From Escherichia coli (GTDB lineage Bacteria; Pseudomonadota; Gammaproteobacteria; Enterobacterales; Enterobacteriaceae): a DNA stretch of 64,000 nt. Each line of letters begins with the position of its first letter. Positions within the stretch are counted from its first letter, which is position 1. The notes beneath the pieces were generated by a model that worked only from the letters and a program-made list of their open reading frames with translations, searched no databases and was not told the origin of the DNA. The stretch is taken from the NCBI RefSeq assembly GCF_003790525.1, contig NZ_CP033635.1; one strand, 5' to 3'. The translations under genes were made by a program, and so were the position numbers. Shown in pieces: positions 10,204-23,617 of the stretch.

Positions 10204-11235
10204 TTAGTCGCTGGTTGCATGATGACTTGCCTCCAGCGACGGAGTTGACACTGAATGGCGACGTACCAGCGTCGGACTAAAGACATTAGTGATTTCCGGG
10301 AGAGGGCGATTATCCGCCAGCGCCAAAGCCAGTTCGGCAGCCTGCGTCGCCATCGTCACGATTGGGTAACGCACGGTGGTCAGACGCGGACGCACATAGC
10401 GTGACACCAGCACATCATCAAAGCCAATTAACGAAATCTCACCCGGTACATCAATACCATTATCATTGAGAACGCCCATCGCGCCCGCCGCCATTGAATC
10501 GTTATAACAGGCTACCGCAGTGAAATTTCTTCCTCGTCCCAAAAGCTCGGTCATTGCCTGTTCACCGCCGCTTTCGTCTGGTTCGCCAAATGTCACCAGC
10601 CGATCATTGGTCGGAATACCACTTTCAGCAAGGGCATCGTAATACCCTTGCAGACGATCTTCGGCGTCAGAAATAGAGTGGTTAGAGCACAGATAACCAA
10701 TGCGGGTATGACCTTGCTGAATTAAATGACGCGTTGCCAGCCAGGCACCGTAACGATCGTCCAGAGCAATACAACGGTTTTCAAAGCCAGGCAGGATACG
10801 GTTGATCAGCACCATACCGGGCATTTGTTTCATTAATGAGGCTAAATCGGCATCCGGGATCATTTTGGCATGGACAACCAGCGCAGCACAGCGATGGCGG
10901 ATCAGTTGCTCAATGGCCTGACGCTCTTTTTGTTCGTTGTGGTAACCGTTGCCAATCAATAAAAAATTACCAGTGTGATAAGCCACCTGTTCGACCGCTT
11001 TCACCATTGCACCGAAAAACGGATCGGAAACATCACCAACGACCAGACCGACCGTTTCAGTGGTCTGCTGCGCCAGCGCACGGGCGTTGGCGTTCGGGTG
11101 ATAGCTAAGAGACTCCATTGCACTATGCACAGCAAGCCGGGAAGCTTCGCTGGCTTTGGGTGAATTATTAATGACGCGGGAAACGGTGGCGACTGAAACG
11201 CCTGCCAGTCGGGCTACATCCTTTATGGTCGCCAT
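10204..11235 (-). CDS. galR: Galactose operon repressor (LacI family)
   Basis: 343-aa ORF MATIKDVARLAGVSVATVSRVIN... with LacI-type HTH. Confidence 0.9.
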   Translation of the reverse strand: MATIKDVARLAGVSVATVSRVINNSPKASEASRLAVHSAMESLSYHPNANARALAQQTTETVGLVVGDVSDPFFGAMVKAVEQVAYHTGNFLLIGNGYHNEQKERQAIEQLIRHRCAALVVHAKMIPDADLASLMKQMPGMVLINRILPGFENRCIALDDRYGAWLATRHLIQQGHTRIGYLCSNHSISDAEDRLQGYYDALAESGIPTNDRLVTFGEPDESGGEQAMTELLGRGRNFTAVACYNDSMAAGAMGVLNDNGIDVPGEISLIGFDDVLVSRYVRPRLTTVRYPIVTMATQAAELALALADNRPLPEITNVFSPTLVRRHSVSTPSLEASHHATSD

Positions 11236-11448
11236 GAAAATACCTTAGTGGGTAAACGCTTACATTCTTTCAGTGTTACGGAAAACGCCCGTTGGTTCAA
11301 GGGGGGGCGTGTTTTCATCGTGGGAATGTGAGCCAAACGCAAATAAGTAAGACAAAAAAAGAGATTGCAAACCTTTGGTTACACTTTGCGAAACGCTGTT
11401 GCGATTGACCGCTGGTGGCGTTTGGCTTCAGGTTGCTAAAGTGGTGAT

Positions 11449-11530
11449 CCCAGAGGTATTGATAGGTGAAGTCAACTTCGGGTTGAGCACATGAATTACA
11501 CCAGCCTGCGCAGATGCGCAGGTTTTTTTT
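11449..11530 (+). ncRNA. omrB: OmrB small RNA
   Basis: Starts CCCAGAGGTATTGATAGGTGAAGTC..., ends with GC-rich hairpin GCGCAGATGCGCAGG plus a T-run; shares 5' and 3' ends with the copy about 200 bp downstream; sits between galR and aas as in K-12. Confidence 0.85.
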
Positions 11531-11645
11531 TGCCGGTCATCAATCTGTAACAGTAACCGACAATTTACACACCTCGTTGCATTTCCCTTCATTCCTTTGC
11601 GTTTTCTCGCTGGCGAAGAGTCGTTGTGCAGACCACAATCAAGAT

Positions 11646-11733
11646 CCCAGAGGTATTGATTGGTGAGATTATTCGGTACGCTCTTCGTACCCTGTCTCTT
11701 GCACCAACCTGCGCGGATGCGCAGGTTTTTTTT
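11646..11733 (+). ncRNA. omrA: OmrA small RNA
   Basis: Starts CCCAGAGGTATTGATTGGTGAGATTATTCGG..., ends with hairpin GCGCGGATGCGCAGG plus a T-run; paralog of omrB. Confidence 0.85.
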
Positions 11734-11799
11734 CGCACCTAATTTACTGTCGCTCGCGTTCTTTATCTCGTGTAATCTCCCTCCATTCGCTTTTACTGA

Positions 11800-15166
<3,367 letters not shown>

Positions 15167-15204
15167 GCTTTCACCAGATGGCATATTCCGCCATCTGGTG
15201 AACG

Positions 15205-16860
15205 TCACATTCCCGAAGGGTGCATACCTTTCGGATACTTCACGCTGTATGAGAATGGCAGACTCACGTTCTCTTTACCTGACAGTTTCAGCGTCCAGGA
15301 CAGTTCACCCGTTTTCGCATCAAACTGCGCCTGACCATACTGCATTTTTTCCACCGTAATATCACTATTAGCACTGACTGGGATCTGGTCGAGCAGAGTG
15401 ATATCCACCGCGTCGCCGTAGCTGTTCTTTACATTAAGGGTGTAACTGAAGTTGCGCACCGCGCTGTCATTAAAGATAGATAACGCATTCTCTTTTTTGA
15501 GTACGGCTTTACGTTGAATAATCAGCTTGGGATCGCGGTTAAGCTGAATATCCAGCGACTTGCCATCTTCCGGCGGCTGCAAATAGCCCACGCCGGTACG
15601 ATTGTTACCAAAGAAGATCTGACTTTCGCCGGGGATTAAATTTAACTGTTCCCACTCTTTAATTTGCACCTGGAGATAAGCGTCATTACTGATCTTCGGA
15701 ATAGCAAAGAAGCGATATTCACCGCTGACCGATTCCTCCTTAATGACCACCGTGCGCGCGGTGTTGTCGCTGTCGATTTGCCACGGCAGCGAAAGCGCAT
15801 AGCGAACATTTTGCGCGGTGAAACTTTCTGGTCGCGCCGAAGCTGGTGCTGCCTGTGCGGCATACTTGCGCCCGGCTGGTCGCTCCCTTGATTTTTGCAT
15901 CTCTGCCTCCAGGGATTTCTGCAATTCTGATGCATCCTGGTCAGACGAATATTCCGAACGCTGTTTCATCACGGGTGTTGCTGAAAGCGAGCCGCTTACA
16001 CCACCATACTCAGTCACATCCACATACAGAGGTTCCAGGTGTGGCAGCGTGAGATGAGTATCAGGTTCACTGGTCGAGAGCACGAGATTAACGTTTTTCC
16101 ATGGCAACCCCGTATACTGGCGAATATTAGCCTTGTAAACCAGACGCAGCGGTTGGTTTATGCCCGTGGCGTGAATATCATAGATCGGCGTCCATGTAGC
16201 ATCAGGAGTTATATAATGCACCACCGCTTTCGCAGTGACGGCTTTTGGGACATATACCTTAGCGATGATAACCTGCGGATCATCGGATGCCTCTGAATCA
16301 CCGTTATTCATACTCTCGCGTTGCTCCAACTTTTCAATTCCAAGCTGGTTATCAGCAAGTTTCTGCGTCAACTCATTGTCAGCCCGTAATAACTCACCAT
16401 TTTTCTCTTTCACCATTTGCAGATACTTGCCAACTTCGGCGGCACTTTTATTGGTTAATGTGCTATTTGCCTCTAATACCTTAATTTGAGCCGCGATATT
16501 GTTTTTCTCGGCGGTCAGTTTTGCCTGTTCCACCTTTACTGCTTTTAACTGTTGCTGAGTATCTGACGGCAGCGCATTCGGCTGTGTTTCCATTAGCGCG
16601 ATACGTGAGGAAAGCACCGTCACTCCGTTATCGATAGAAATGGCGATGCTGTCGTCGGTTACCGAATTGGCGATATTAGTGAAAATAATTTCGCTTTCAC
16701 CTGCCGGTAAGTTGAGTGTCTCTTCACCTTGTAGGCTGGCACCATGCAGATAAACAGTGACGTCTTTGAGTGTTAGCGCTTGAGTTAACTGCGCCCCCCA
16801 GGCGGAGGACAGGCACCCGGTAAGCAACATGGCGAGGGGAATAGGTTTGAAAATCAACAT
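15205..16860 (-). CDS. Hypothetical secreted or lipo-protein with central coiled coil (DUF4139/DUF4140-like architecture, tentative); not recalled in K-12
   Basis: ORF track 15205..16875 (556 aa, TTG); likelier start is the ATG at 16858-16860 preceded by AAGGA (MLIFKPIPLAMLLTGCLSSAWGAQ...); N-terminal signal peptide with possible lipobox LTGC; heptad-like QQQLKAVKVEQAKLTAEKNNIAAQIKVLEAN...; domain assignment is from memory. Confidence 0.7.
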   Translation of the reverse strand: MLIFKPIPLAMLLTGCLSSAWGAQLTQALTLKDVTVYLHGASLQGEETLNLPAGESEIIFTNIANSVTDDSIAISIDNGVTVLSSRIALMETQPNALPSDTQQQLKAVKVEQAKLTAEKNNIAAQIKVLEANSTLTNKSAAEVGKYLQMVKEKNGELLRADNELTQKLADNQLGIEKLEQRESMNNGDSEASDDPQVIIAKVYVPKAVTAKAVVHYITPDATWTPIYDIHATGINQPLRLVYKANIRQYTGLPWKNVNLVLSTSEPDTHLTLPHLEPLYVDVTEYGGVSGSLSATPVMKQRSEYSSDQDASELQKSLEAEMQKSRERPAGRKYAAQAAPASARPESFTAQNVRYALSLPWQIDSDNTARTVVIKEESVSGEYRFFAIPKISNDAYLQVQIKEWEQLNLIPGESQIFFGNNRTGVGYLQPPEDGKSLDIQLNRDPKLIIQRKAVLKKENALSIFNDSAVRNFSYTLNVKNSYGDAVDITLLDQIPVSANSDITVEKMQYGQAQFDAKTGELSWTLKLSGKENVSLPFSYSVKYPKGMHPSGM

Positions 16861-16974
16861 GGTTATCCTTAACAATGGGCACAGACATTGAAACGCGCGC
16901 TGGCGTTGACCAAAAGAGTCTATTGCGCTTTGTCAGGAAAGATGCGGCGAAAAGTAGTGAATACATTCTGAAAA

Positions 16975-17011
16975 GTGGAGAAAAGAGACGCCTGGCGCAA
17001 AACACCAGGCG
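16975..17011 (-). terminator. Intrinsic terminator after tas
   Basis: On the minus strand: CGCCUGGUG-uuuug-CGCCAGGCG followed by UCUCUUUUCUCC, just downstream of the tas stop; implies the downstream unknown gene has its own promoter. Confidence 0.5.
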
Positions 17012-17017
17012 AAAGGA

Positions 17018-18058
17018 TCACGGTGCCGGATACGTATAAACCTGATGCACCGCTTCAATTTCAGCTAATACGTCTTCGCTTAACTCCAGATGCAAACTTT
17101 CGACGTTAGTTTTCAGCTGCTCCATCGTGGTTGCGCCCAGCAGAGTGCTGGCAACAAACGGTTGACGGCGTACAAAAGCGAGCGCCATCTGAGCAGGATC
17201 CAGGCCATGACGTCTGGCGATATCAACATACGCCGCGACGGCTTTTTGCGTTTGCTCACCGCTATAGCGGGTGAACCGACTAAAGAGCGTATTACGTGCG
17301 CCAGCGGGTTTTGCACCATTGAGATATTTCCCGGTCAGCGTGCCGAAACCCAGGCACGAATAGGCCAGCAGTTCGACCCCTTCATACTGACTGACTTCTG
17401 CCAGACCTACTTCAAAACTGCGGTTTAACAGACTGTAGGGATTTTGAATGGTGACAATACGCGGCAGATCGTGTTTGTCCGCCAGATGCAGGTAGCGCAT
17501 TACGCCAAATGCAGTTTCGTTCGACACGCCGATATAACGAATTTTTCCCGCGCGTTGGTACTCTGCCAGTGCGTCCAGTGTATCCAGCAGCGAAACCGCA
17601 GGCGCAGAATCTGTCCAGCTATAACCGAGTTTGCCGAAGCAGTTGGTTGGGCGCTGCGGCCAGTGCACCTGATAGAGATCGAGGTAATCAGTCTGCAGAC
17701 GCTTGAGGCTGTCATGCAGCGCTTCGCGGATATTCTTCCGATCCAGCGCCTGATCCGGGCGGATGCCTTTGTCATTATTGCGCGACGGTCCGCTCACTTT
17801 GGAGGCGATAATTAACTTTTCGCGGCTGCCATGTTTCGCCAGCCAGTTGCCGACGTAGGTTTCGGTTAGCCCTTGAGTTTCGGGGCGCGGAGGTACTGGG
17901 TACATTTCGGCAACGTCGATAAGGTTAATGCCCTGAGCGACGGCATAGTCGAGTTGTGCGTGGGCGTCGGCTTCGCTGTTCTGTTCACCAAACGTCATCG
18001 TGCCAAGCCCCAGCGTGCTGACTTCCAGCGAACTGTGGGGTATACGGTGATATTGCAT
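17018..18058 (-). CDS. tas: NADP(H)-dependent aldo-keto reductase
   Basis: 346-aa ORF MQYHRIPHSSLEVSTLGLGTMTFG...; matches K-12 Tas. Confidence 0.9.
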   Translation of the reverse strand: MQYHRIPHSSLEVSTLGLGTMTFGEQNSEADAHAQLDYAVAQGINLIDVAEMYPVPPRPETQGLTETYVGNWLAKHGSREKLIIASKVSGPSRNNDKGIRPDQALDRKNIREALHDSLKRLQTDYLDLYQVHWPQRPTNCFGKLGYSWTDSAPAVSLLDTLDALAEYQRAGKIRYIGVSNETAFGVMRYLHLADKHDLPRIVTIQNPYSLLNRSFEVGLAEVSQYEGVELLAYSCLGFGTLTGKYLNGAKPAGARNTLFSRFTRYSGEQTQKAVAAYVDIARRHGLDPAQMALAFVRRQPFVASTLLGATTMEQLKTNVESLHLELSEDVLAEIEAVHQVYTYPAP

Positions 18059-18165
18059 AGCCGTTTCCTTTTTATAATCACAACATAAGGAATATAAAAA
18101 TGGCAGAGGGAAGGGAAAAGTGAAAGAGAAAAATCTTAAGGCCAGCCGGATGCTGACCTTATTTG

Positions 18166-18384
18166 TTAACGTTCAATAATTTGCGAAACATCATCACGGT
18201 TAATTTGCATCGCGTTACCTTGCTGATCGTGATAACTCACCAGCCCGGTATCATCATCAATTTCAGGTTTTCCATCGGTCAAAATCATACGGCCATCTTT
18301 GGTCGCCATGACGTAATCACTGGAACACCCGGAAACAGCAAACGCCAGTCCGACTGCAGAAATTATTACTGCCCATTTTTTCAT
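18166..18384 (-). CDS. ygdR: Small lipoprotein (DUF903 family)
   Basis: 72-aa ORF with lipobox AVSGC; paralog of ygdI in this window. Confidence 0.85.
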
Positions 18385-18521
18385 CCGGTTATCCTCATTT
18401 GGCCCACCTATGATAATAGTCTGTTTATAAACCGACGTTATATATCTTGAAAGCAGGAAAATCTTAAACTGTGAGGGTAACAGGAGTGAGTACGCCCTCC
18501 CGCAGGAGAGCGTACGGAGTA

Positions 18522-19235
18522 TCAGAGCGGATTCTTTTTGTTGCGAATCAGGTTGAGGCTTTCAACCGCAATAGAGAAGAACATCGCAAAGTAGATGTAA
18601 CCTTTCGGTACGTGGATGTCGAAACTTTCCAGAATCAAGGTAAAGCCCACCAGAATCAGGAAAGAGAGCGCCAGCATTTTTACCGAAGGATGGCGTTCGA
18701 CAAAATCACCAATCGAGCGTGCGGCGAACATCATCACGCCTACGGCAATCACCACGGCGGCCATCATAATAAACAGGTGATCTGACAGACCCACAGCGGT
18801 AATCACCGAGTCGAGGCTGAAGATAATATCCAGCAGCATAATCTGCACGATAGCGCCGAGGAATGATGAAACGCGTGTTTTCAGCCCTTCTTCTTCACCT
18901 TCAATGGATTCGTGGATTTCCTTGCTGGCTTTCCAGATAAGGAACAAGCCACCCAGAAGCAGAATCAAATCACGGGCGGAAATTTCCTGGCTGAATATTG
19001 TAAAAAGCGGATTTGTCAGGCGCGTAACCCAGGCGATGGATGCCAGCAGCGCCAGACGCATAACCATGGCTCCCGCCAACCCCAGACGGCGCGCATGAGC
19101 ACGTTGTGCTGTGGGGAGCTTTGCCACCACCAGAGAAAGGAAAATAATATTGTCGATCCCAAGAACGATCTCCAGCAGCGTCAGCGTACCGAGCGCAAGC
19201 CAGGCGTTAGGATCGGTTATCCATGCAAATAACAT
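18522..19235 (-). CDS. ygdQ: TerC-family integral membrane protein
   Basis: 237-aa hydrophobic ORF; matches K-12 YgdQ. Confidence 0.85.
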
Positions 19236-19303
19236 CTAAAAAGCCCTGCCAAAAAAATGAAGCGGTAATTATATGCCCGGAAAGCGGCAGGTCAAAGCGA
19301 TGG

Positions 19304-19993
19304 CTACTGGATCAGAAAATGACGGGCCAGTAGCGCACTGGTGAAATTCTTCTTCAAATAAAAGCCGCGCGGCAGCGTCAGAATCCGTTCGCCCCGGACA
19401 CCAATGGCTTCGGTAAGCGCTTTCGCATTCGCTGCTTTCGGTCGTATCTGTAAATATTCCCCGTGACGAGCGGTGATCCGCTCAACCTGACCGAGAACAA
19501 TCATATCCATTAATTCTTCCCAGTCTTCGCGCAGTTGCCGGTCTTCCTCTTCATTCGGGCTCCACAGTAACGGTGATCCTACGCGACGCTGCGCCAGCGG
19601 GATGCTGCGCTCGCCTTCAACCGGTATCCACAGTACGCGTTTGAGCTTGTGGCGCACGTGGCTGGTTTCCCAGGTCACCCCGCTATTACCCGTTAACGGG
19701 GCAACACAAACGAATGTTGTTTCCAGCGGACGACCAAGACTATCCACAGGGATAGTTTTAAGTTCCACGCCCAGAGCAGCAAAATCTTGCTCAGGTTTAC
19801 TCCCTGCGCTGGCACCTAGCCAGATCTCCAGTAACACGCCAATCCAGCCCTTATCGCGTTTTAAATTCTCCGGCGTCACCAGCCCAGCAAGTGCCGCCAG
19901 TTCTCCCAATGTATAACCAGAAAGTTGTTGTGCTTGCGCTAACAATTGTTCTTCAGTTTCGGGAGGAGAGAGCAGTGGGCGAGGTTGGGACAT
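19304..19993 (-). CDS. mutH: Methyl-directed mismatch repair endonuclease
   Basis: 229-aa [36 protein letters not shown]...; matches K-12 MutH. Confidence 0.9.
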   Translation of the reverse strand: MSQPRPLLSPPETEEQLLAQAQQLSGYTLGELAALAGLVTPENLKRDKGWIGVLLEIWLGASAGSKPEQDFAALGVELKTIPVDSLGRPLETTFVCVAPLTGNSGVTWETSHVRHKLKRVLWIPVEGERSIPLAQRRVGSPLLWSPNEEEDRQLREDWEELMDMIVLGQVERITARHGEYLQIRPKAANAKALTEAIGVRGERILTLPRGFYLKKNFTSALLARHFLIQ

Positions 19994-20149
19994 GTCACGA
20001 TACCTTGGTTAAAAAACAAACAGCAATTATGTGCCGAATATTCGCAGTGTAACTTTTTCCACAGGCGTTGTTCAATTCTCTGATTTATATTGCTTTTTAG
20101 GTTGCCGGTAATCGAGTTGCGCAACACTGCAATGGGTTTTCCAAATCTG

Positions 20150-20540
20150 GTCACTGAAAATAAACAGGATCTTACACCATGTTATCCACAGAAAGCTGGG
20201 ATAACTGTGAAAAACCTCCACTACTGTTTCCATTTACAGCCTTGACGTGCGACGAAACTCCAGTTTTTAGTGGTTCAGTGCTTAACTTAGTGGCACATTC
20301 TGTGGATAAATACGGCATTGGTTGATCTTTCGCCAACCCGTAAATGAGAGGTGTGACCTGGGTCACGAATTACTCTTTTTTATTACTAAAATTACATGTA
20401 ATGCATTGACTGATAATGAATATTTTAAAATGTCCATATCGGGCTTATTCAGAATGCTCCGGGTTTTCCCGTAGTAATTCCGTAGTTCTTCACAACTCTA
20501 TCCACAGAAAAGGTGAATAAAAACGGCTATCCACCCCTTC
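20150..20540. promoter_or_regulatory. DARS2-like DnaA-box cluster in the mutH-rppH intergenic region
   Basis: Perfect DnaA boxes TTATCCACA at 20182-20190 (+) and 20301-20309 (-), near-consensus CTATCCACA at 20498-20506, inside a ~680-bp AT-rich non-coding gap; DARS2 is reported at this locus in K-12. Confidence 0.5.
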
Positions 20541-20677
20541 CTCTGTTTATAACTCTGCACATAACTGTGAGTTATTCAATTGTTATTAGTGTGTAATGCC
20601 CTGCAGAGAGTGGTTTACCGTCTTCCTGGAGTATGAAACAATCATTCGTATATAAAGCTTTATTTTGAGGTAGTCCG

Positions 20678-21208
20678 GTGATTGATGACGATGGCTACCG
20701 CCCAAACGTAGGTATCGTGATTTGTAATCGCCAGGGGCAGGTAATGTGGGCCCGGCGATTTGGTCAGCACTCCTGGCAATTTCCGCAAGGCGGAATCAAC
20801 CCCGGAGAATCCGCAGAGCAGGCGATGTACCGTGAATTGTTTGAAGAAGTAGGATTAAGCCGTAAAGACGTTCGAATCCTTGCTTCAACGCGTAACTGGT
20901 TGCGCTACAAATTACCGAAACGTTTGGTGCGTTGGGACACGAAGCCGGTTTGTATCGGCCAAAAACAAAAATGGTTTCTCTTGCAGCTGGTGAGCGGCGA
21001 TGCAGAAATCAATATGCAAACCAGCAGTACACCAGAGTTTGACGGCTGGCGATGGGTAAGTTACTGGTATCCGGTCAGACAGGTGGTGTCATTTAAACGT
21101 GATGTCTACCGTAGAGTAATGAAAGAGTTCGCGAGTGTGGTGATGTCACTGCAGGAAAATACGCCAAAACCACAAAACGCATCTGCTTATCGACGTAAAA
21201 GAGGTTAA
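20678..21208 (+). CDS. rppH: RNA pyrophosphohydrolase (Nudix)
   Basis: 176-aa ORF, GTG start, Nudix box [22 protein letters not shown]. Confidence 0.9.
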
Positions 21209-21220
21209 GTCACGCCAATT

Positions 21221-23467
21221 ATGCTCACTCGCCTGCGCGAAATAGTCGAAAAGGTAGCCAGCGCACCACGCCTGAATGAGGCGTTAAATATTCTGGTTAC
21301 CGACATCTGTCTTGCGATGGATACCGAGGTCTGTTCGGTTTACCTTGCCGATCATGATCGACGTTGTTACTACCTGATGGCGACCCGGGGGCTGAAAAAA
21401 CCACGCGGTCGCACTGTAACGCTCGCGTTTGATGAAGGGATCGTCGGCCTGGTTGGCAGGCTGGCGGAACCGATAAACCTTGCAGATGCGCAAAAGCACC
21501 CCAGCTTCAAATACGTCCCCTCCGTAAAAGAAGAACGTTTCCGCGCATTTTTAGGCGTACCAATTATTCAACGTCGCCAGTTGCTTGGTGTACTGGTGGT
21601 ACAGCAACGAGAGTTGCGCCAGTATGACGAAAGTGAAGAATCCTTCCTGGTGACGCTTGCCACCCAGATGGCAGCTATTCTTTCTCAGTCGCAGTTGACT
21701 GCCTTGTTTGGACAATATCGCCAGACGCGAATCCGCGCATTACCGGCAGCACCTGGTGTGGCGATTGCCGAAGGCTGGCAGGATGCCACGTTACCTTTAA
21801 TGGAACAGGTGTATCAGGCATCAACGCTGGATCCAGCTCTGGAACGCGAACGACTGACCGGGGCGCTGGAAGAAGCGGCAAACGAGTTTCGCCGCTACAG
21901 CAAACGCTTTGCCGCCGGTGCACAAAAAGAAACGGCGGCTATTTTCGATCTTTACTCGCACCTGCTTTCGGACACCCGGCTGCGTCGCGAATTGTTTGCC
22001 GAGGTTGATAAAGGCTCGGTGGCAGAGTGGGCGGTAAAAACGGTCATTGAAAAATTTGCCGAACAGTTTGCCGCGCTAAGCGATAACTATCTCAAAGAGC
22101 GGGCTGGCGATTTACGTGCGCTGGGCCAGCGATTGCTGTTTCATCTTGATGACGCTAATCAAGGGCCGAACGCCTGGCCGGAACGTTTCATTCTGGTGGC
22201 AGATGAACTGTCAGCGACAACGCTTGCTGAGCTGCCCCAGGATCGCTTAGTCGGTGTTGTCGTGCGCGATGGCGCTGCCAACTCCCATGCTGCGATCATG
22301 GTACGTGCGCTGGGGATACCTACCGTGATGGGCGCGGATATTCAGCCTTCGGTACTGCATCGTCGGACGCTGATCGTCGATGGTTATCGCGGTGAATTGC
22401 TGGTCGATCCGGAGCCGGTACTGCTGCAAGAATATCAGCGGCTAATTAGTGAAGAGATCGAGCTTAGCCGTCTGGCGGAAGATGACGTCAATTTACCCGC
22501 CCAGTTAAAAAGCGGCGAACGCATTAAAGTCATGCTCAATGCCGGTTTAAGCCCGGAACATGAAGAAAAACTGGGCAGCCGTATTGATGGCATAGGACTT
22601 TATCGCACTGAAATCCCATTCATGCTGCAAAGTGGTTTTCCGTCGGAAGAAGAACAGGTGGCGCAGTATCAGGGGATGCTGCAAATGTTCAATGATAAAC
22701 CCGTCACCTTGCGTACGCTGGATGTCGGAGCAGATAAGCAGCTGCCTTACATGCCGATCAGCGAAGAGAATCCATGCCTGGGTTGGCGTGGGATTCGCAT
22801 TACGCTCGATCAGCCGGAGATCTTCTTGATCCAGGTGCGGGCGATGCTGCGTGCTAATGCCGCTACGGGCAACCTGAATATTCTGTTGCCGATGGTCACA
22901 AGCCTCGATGAAGTTGACGAAGCACGCCGCCTGATTGAACGTGCCGGACGTGAAGTCGAGGAGATGATCGGTTACGAAATTCCCAAACCACGTATCGGCA
23001 TCATGCTGGAAGTGCCGTCAATGGTATTTATGCTGCCGCATCTGGCAAAGCGGGTCGATTTCATCTCTGTTGGCACCAACGATCTGACGCAATACATCCT
23101 GGCTGTTGATCGCAACAATACCCGGGTGGCGAACATTTATGACAGTCTTCATCCTGCAATGTTACGAGCTCTGGCGATGATCGCCCGGGAAGCGGAAATA
23201 CATGGAATCGATCTCCGTTTGTGCGGTGAAATGGCGGGCGATCCCATGTGCGTGGCAATCCTCATTGGGCTTGGGTATCGCCATCTGTCTATGAACGGAC
23301 GTTCTGTAGCGCGCGTAAAATACCTGCTGCGGCGCATTGATTTTGCTGAAGCAGAAAATCTTGCGCAGCGTAGTCTGGAAGCGCAACTGGCGACCGAAGT
23401 TCGCCATCAGGTTGCAGCCTTTATGGAGCGTCGCGGCATGGGCGGGCTGATTCGCGGAGGGTTATAG
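21221..23467 (+). CDS. ptsP: Phosphoenolpyruvate-protein phosphotransferase PtsP (EI-Ntr) with N-terminal GAF domain
   Basis: 748-aa ORF 13 bp after rppH; PEP-utilising enzyme I motifs. Confidence 0.9.
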   Translation: MLTRLREIVEKVASAPRLNEALNILVTDICLAMDTEVCSVYLADHDRRCYYLMATRGLKKPRGRTVTLAFDEGIVGLVGRLAEPINLADAQKHPSFKYVPSVKEERFRAFLGVPIIQRRQLLGVLVVQQRELRQYDESEESFLVTLATQMAAILSQSQLTALFGQYRQTRIRALPAAPGVAIAEGWQDATLPLMEQVYQASTLDPALERERLTGALEEAANEFRRYSKRFAAGAQKETAAIFDLYSHLLSDTRLRRELFAEVDKGSVAEWAVKTVIEKFAEQFAALSDNYLKERAGDLRALGQRLLFHLDDANQGPNAWPERFILVADELSATTLAELPQDRLVGVVVRDGAANSHAAIMVRALGIPTVMGADIQPSVLHRRTLIVDGYRGELLVDPEPVLLQEYQRLISEEIELSRLAEDDVNLPAQLKSGERIKVMLNAGLSPEHEEKLGSRIDGIGLYRTEIPFMLQSGFPSEEEQVAQYQGMLQMFNDKPVTLRTLDVGADKQLPYMPISEENPCLGWRGIRITLDQPEIFLIQVRAMLRANAATGNLNILLPMVTSLDEVDEARRLIERAGREVEEMIGYEIPKPRIGIMLEVPSMVFMLPHLAKRVDFISVGTNDLTQYILAVDRNNTRVANIYDSLHPAMLRALAMIAREAEIHGIDLRLCGEMAGDPMCVAILIGLGYRHLSMNGRSVARVKYLLRRIDFAEAENLAQRSLEAQLATEVRHQVAAFMERRGMGGLIRGGL

Positions 23468-23617
23468 CGCGGATCATATACATATCTTTTAACGGTATCC
23501 GGCAACCAGCCTGGTCCCCTTGTGCTATTATTCGCACCTTTGGAGCGCCTGAAACCTGCGGCGCGCATTTCAATCGCTGTTCTCTTTCAGCGAAATAACA
23601 AGAACTTGTGGTGACAG

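Noticed and set aside
15172-15200. Hairpin CACCAGATGGC/GCCATCTGGTG between the convergent lplT and the unknown gene, considered as a bidirectional terminator
   Set aside because: No U-tract follows it on either strand, so it is not a canonical intrinsic terminator; it may be a REP-like or stabilising element.
15205-16875. The unknown gene as part of a phage, defence or toxin system
   Set aside because: It is a single gene with no adjacent partner ORFs, integrase, ATPase or nuclease; the flanks are core genes on both sides.
19994-20677. Small ORFs in the mutH-rppH spacer (71 aa at 19939-20154, 64 aa at 20172-20366)
   Set aside because: No ribosome-binding site or recognisable features were found; the region is better explained as the DARS2-type DnaA-box cluster. 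A small annotated ORF here cannot be excluded without a database.
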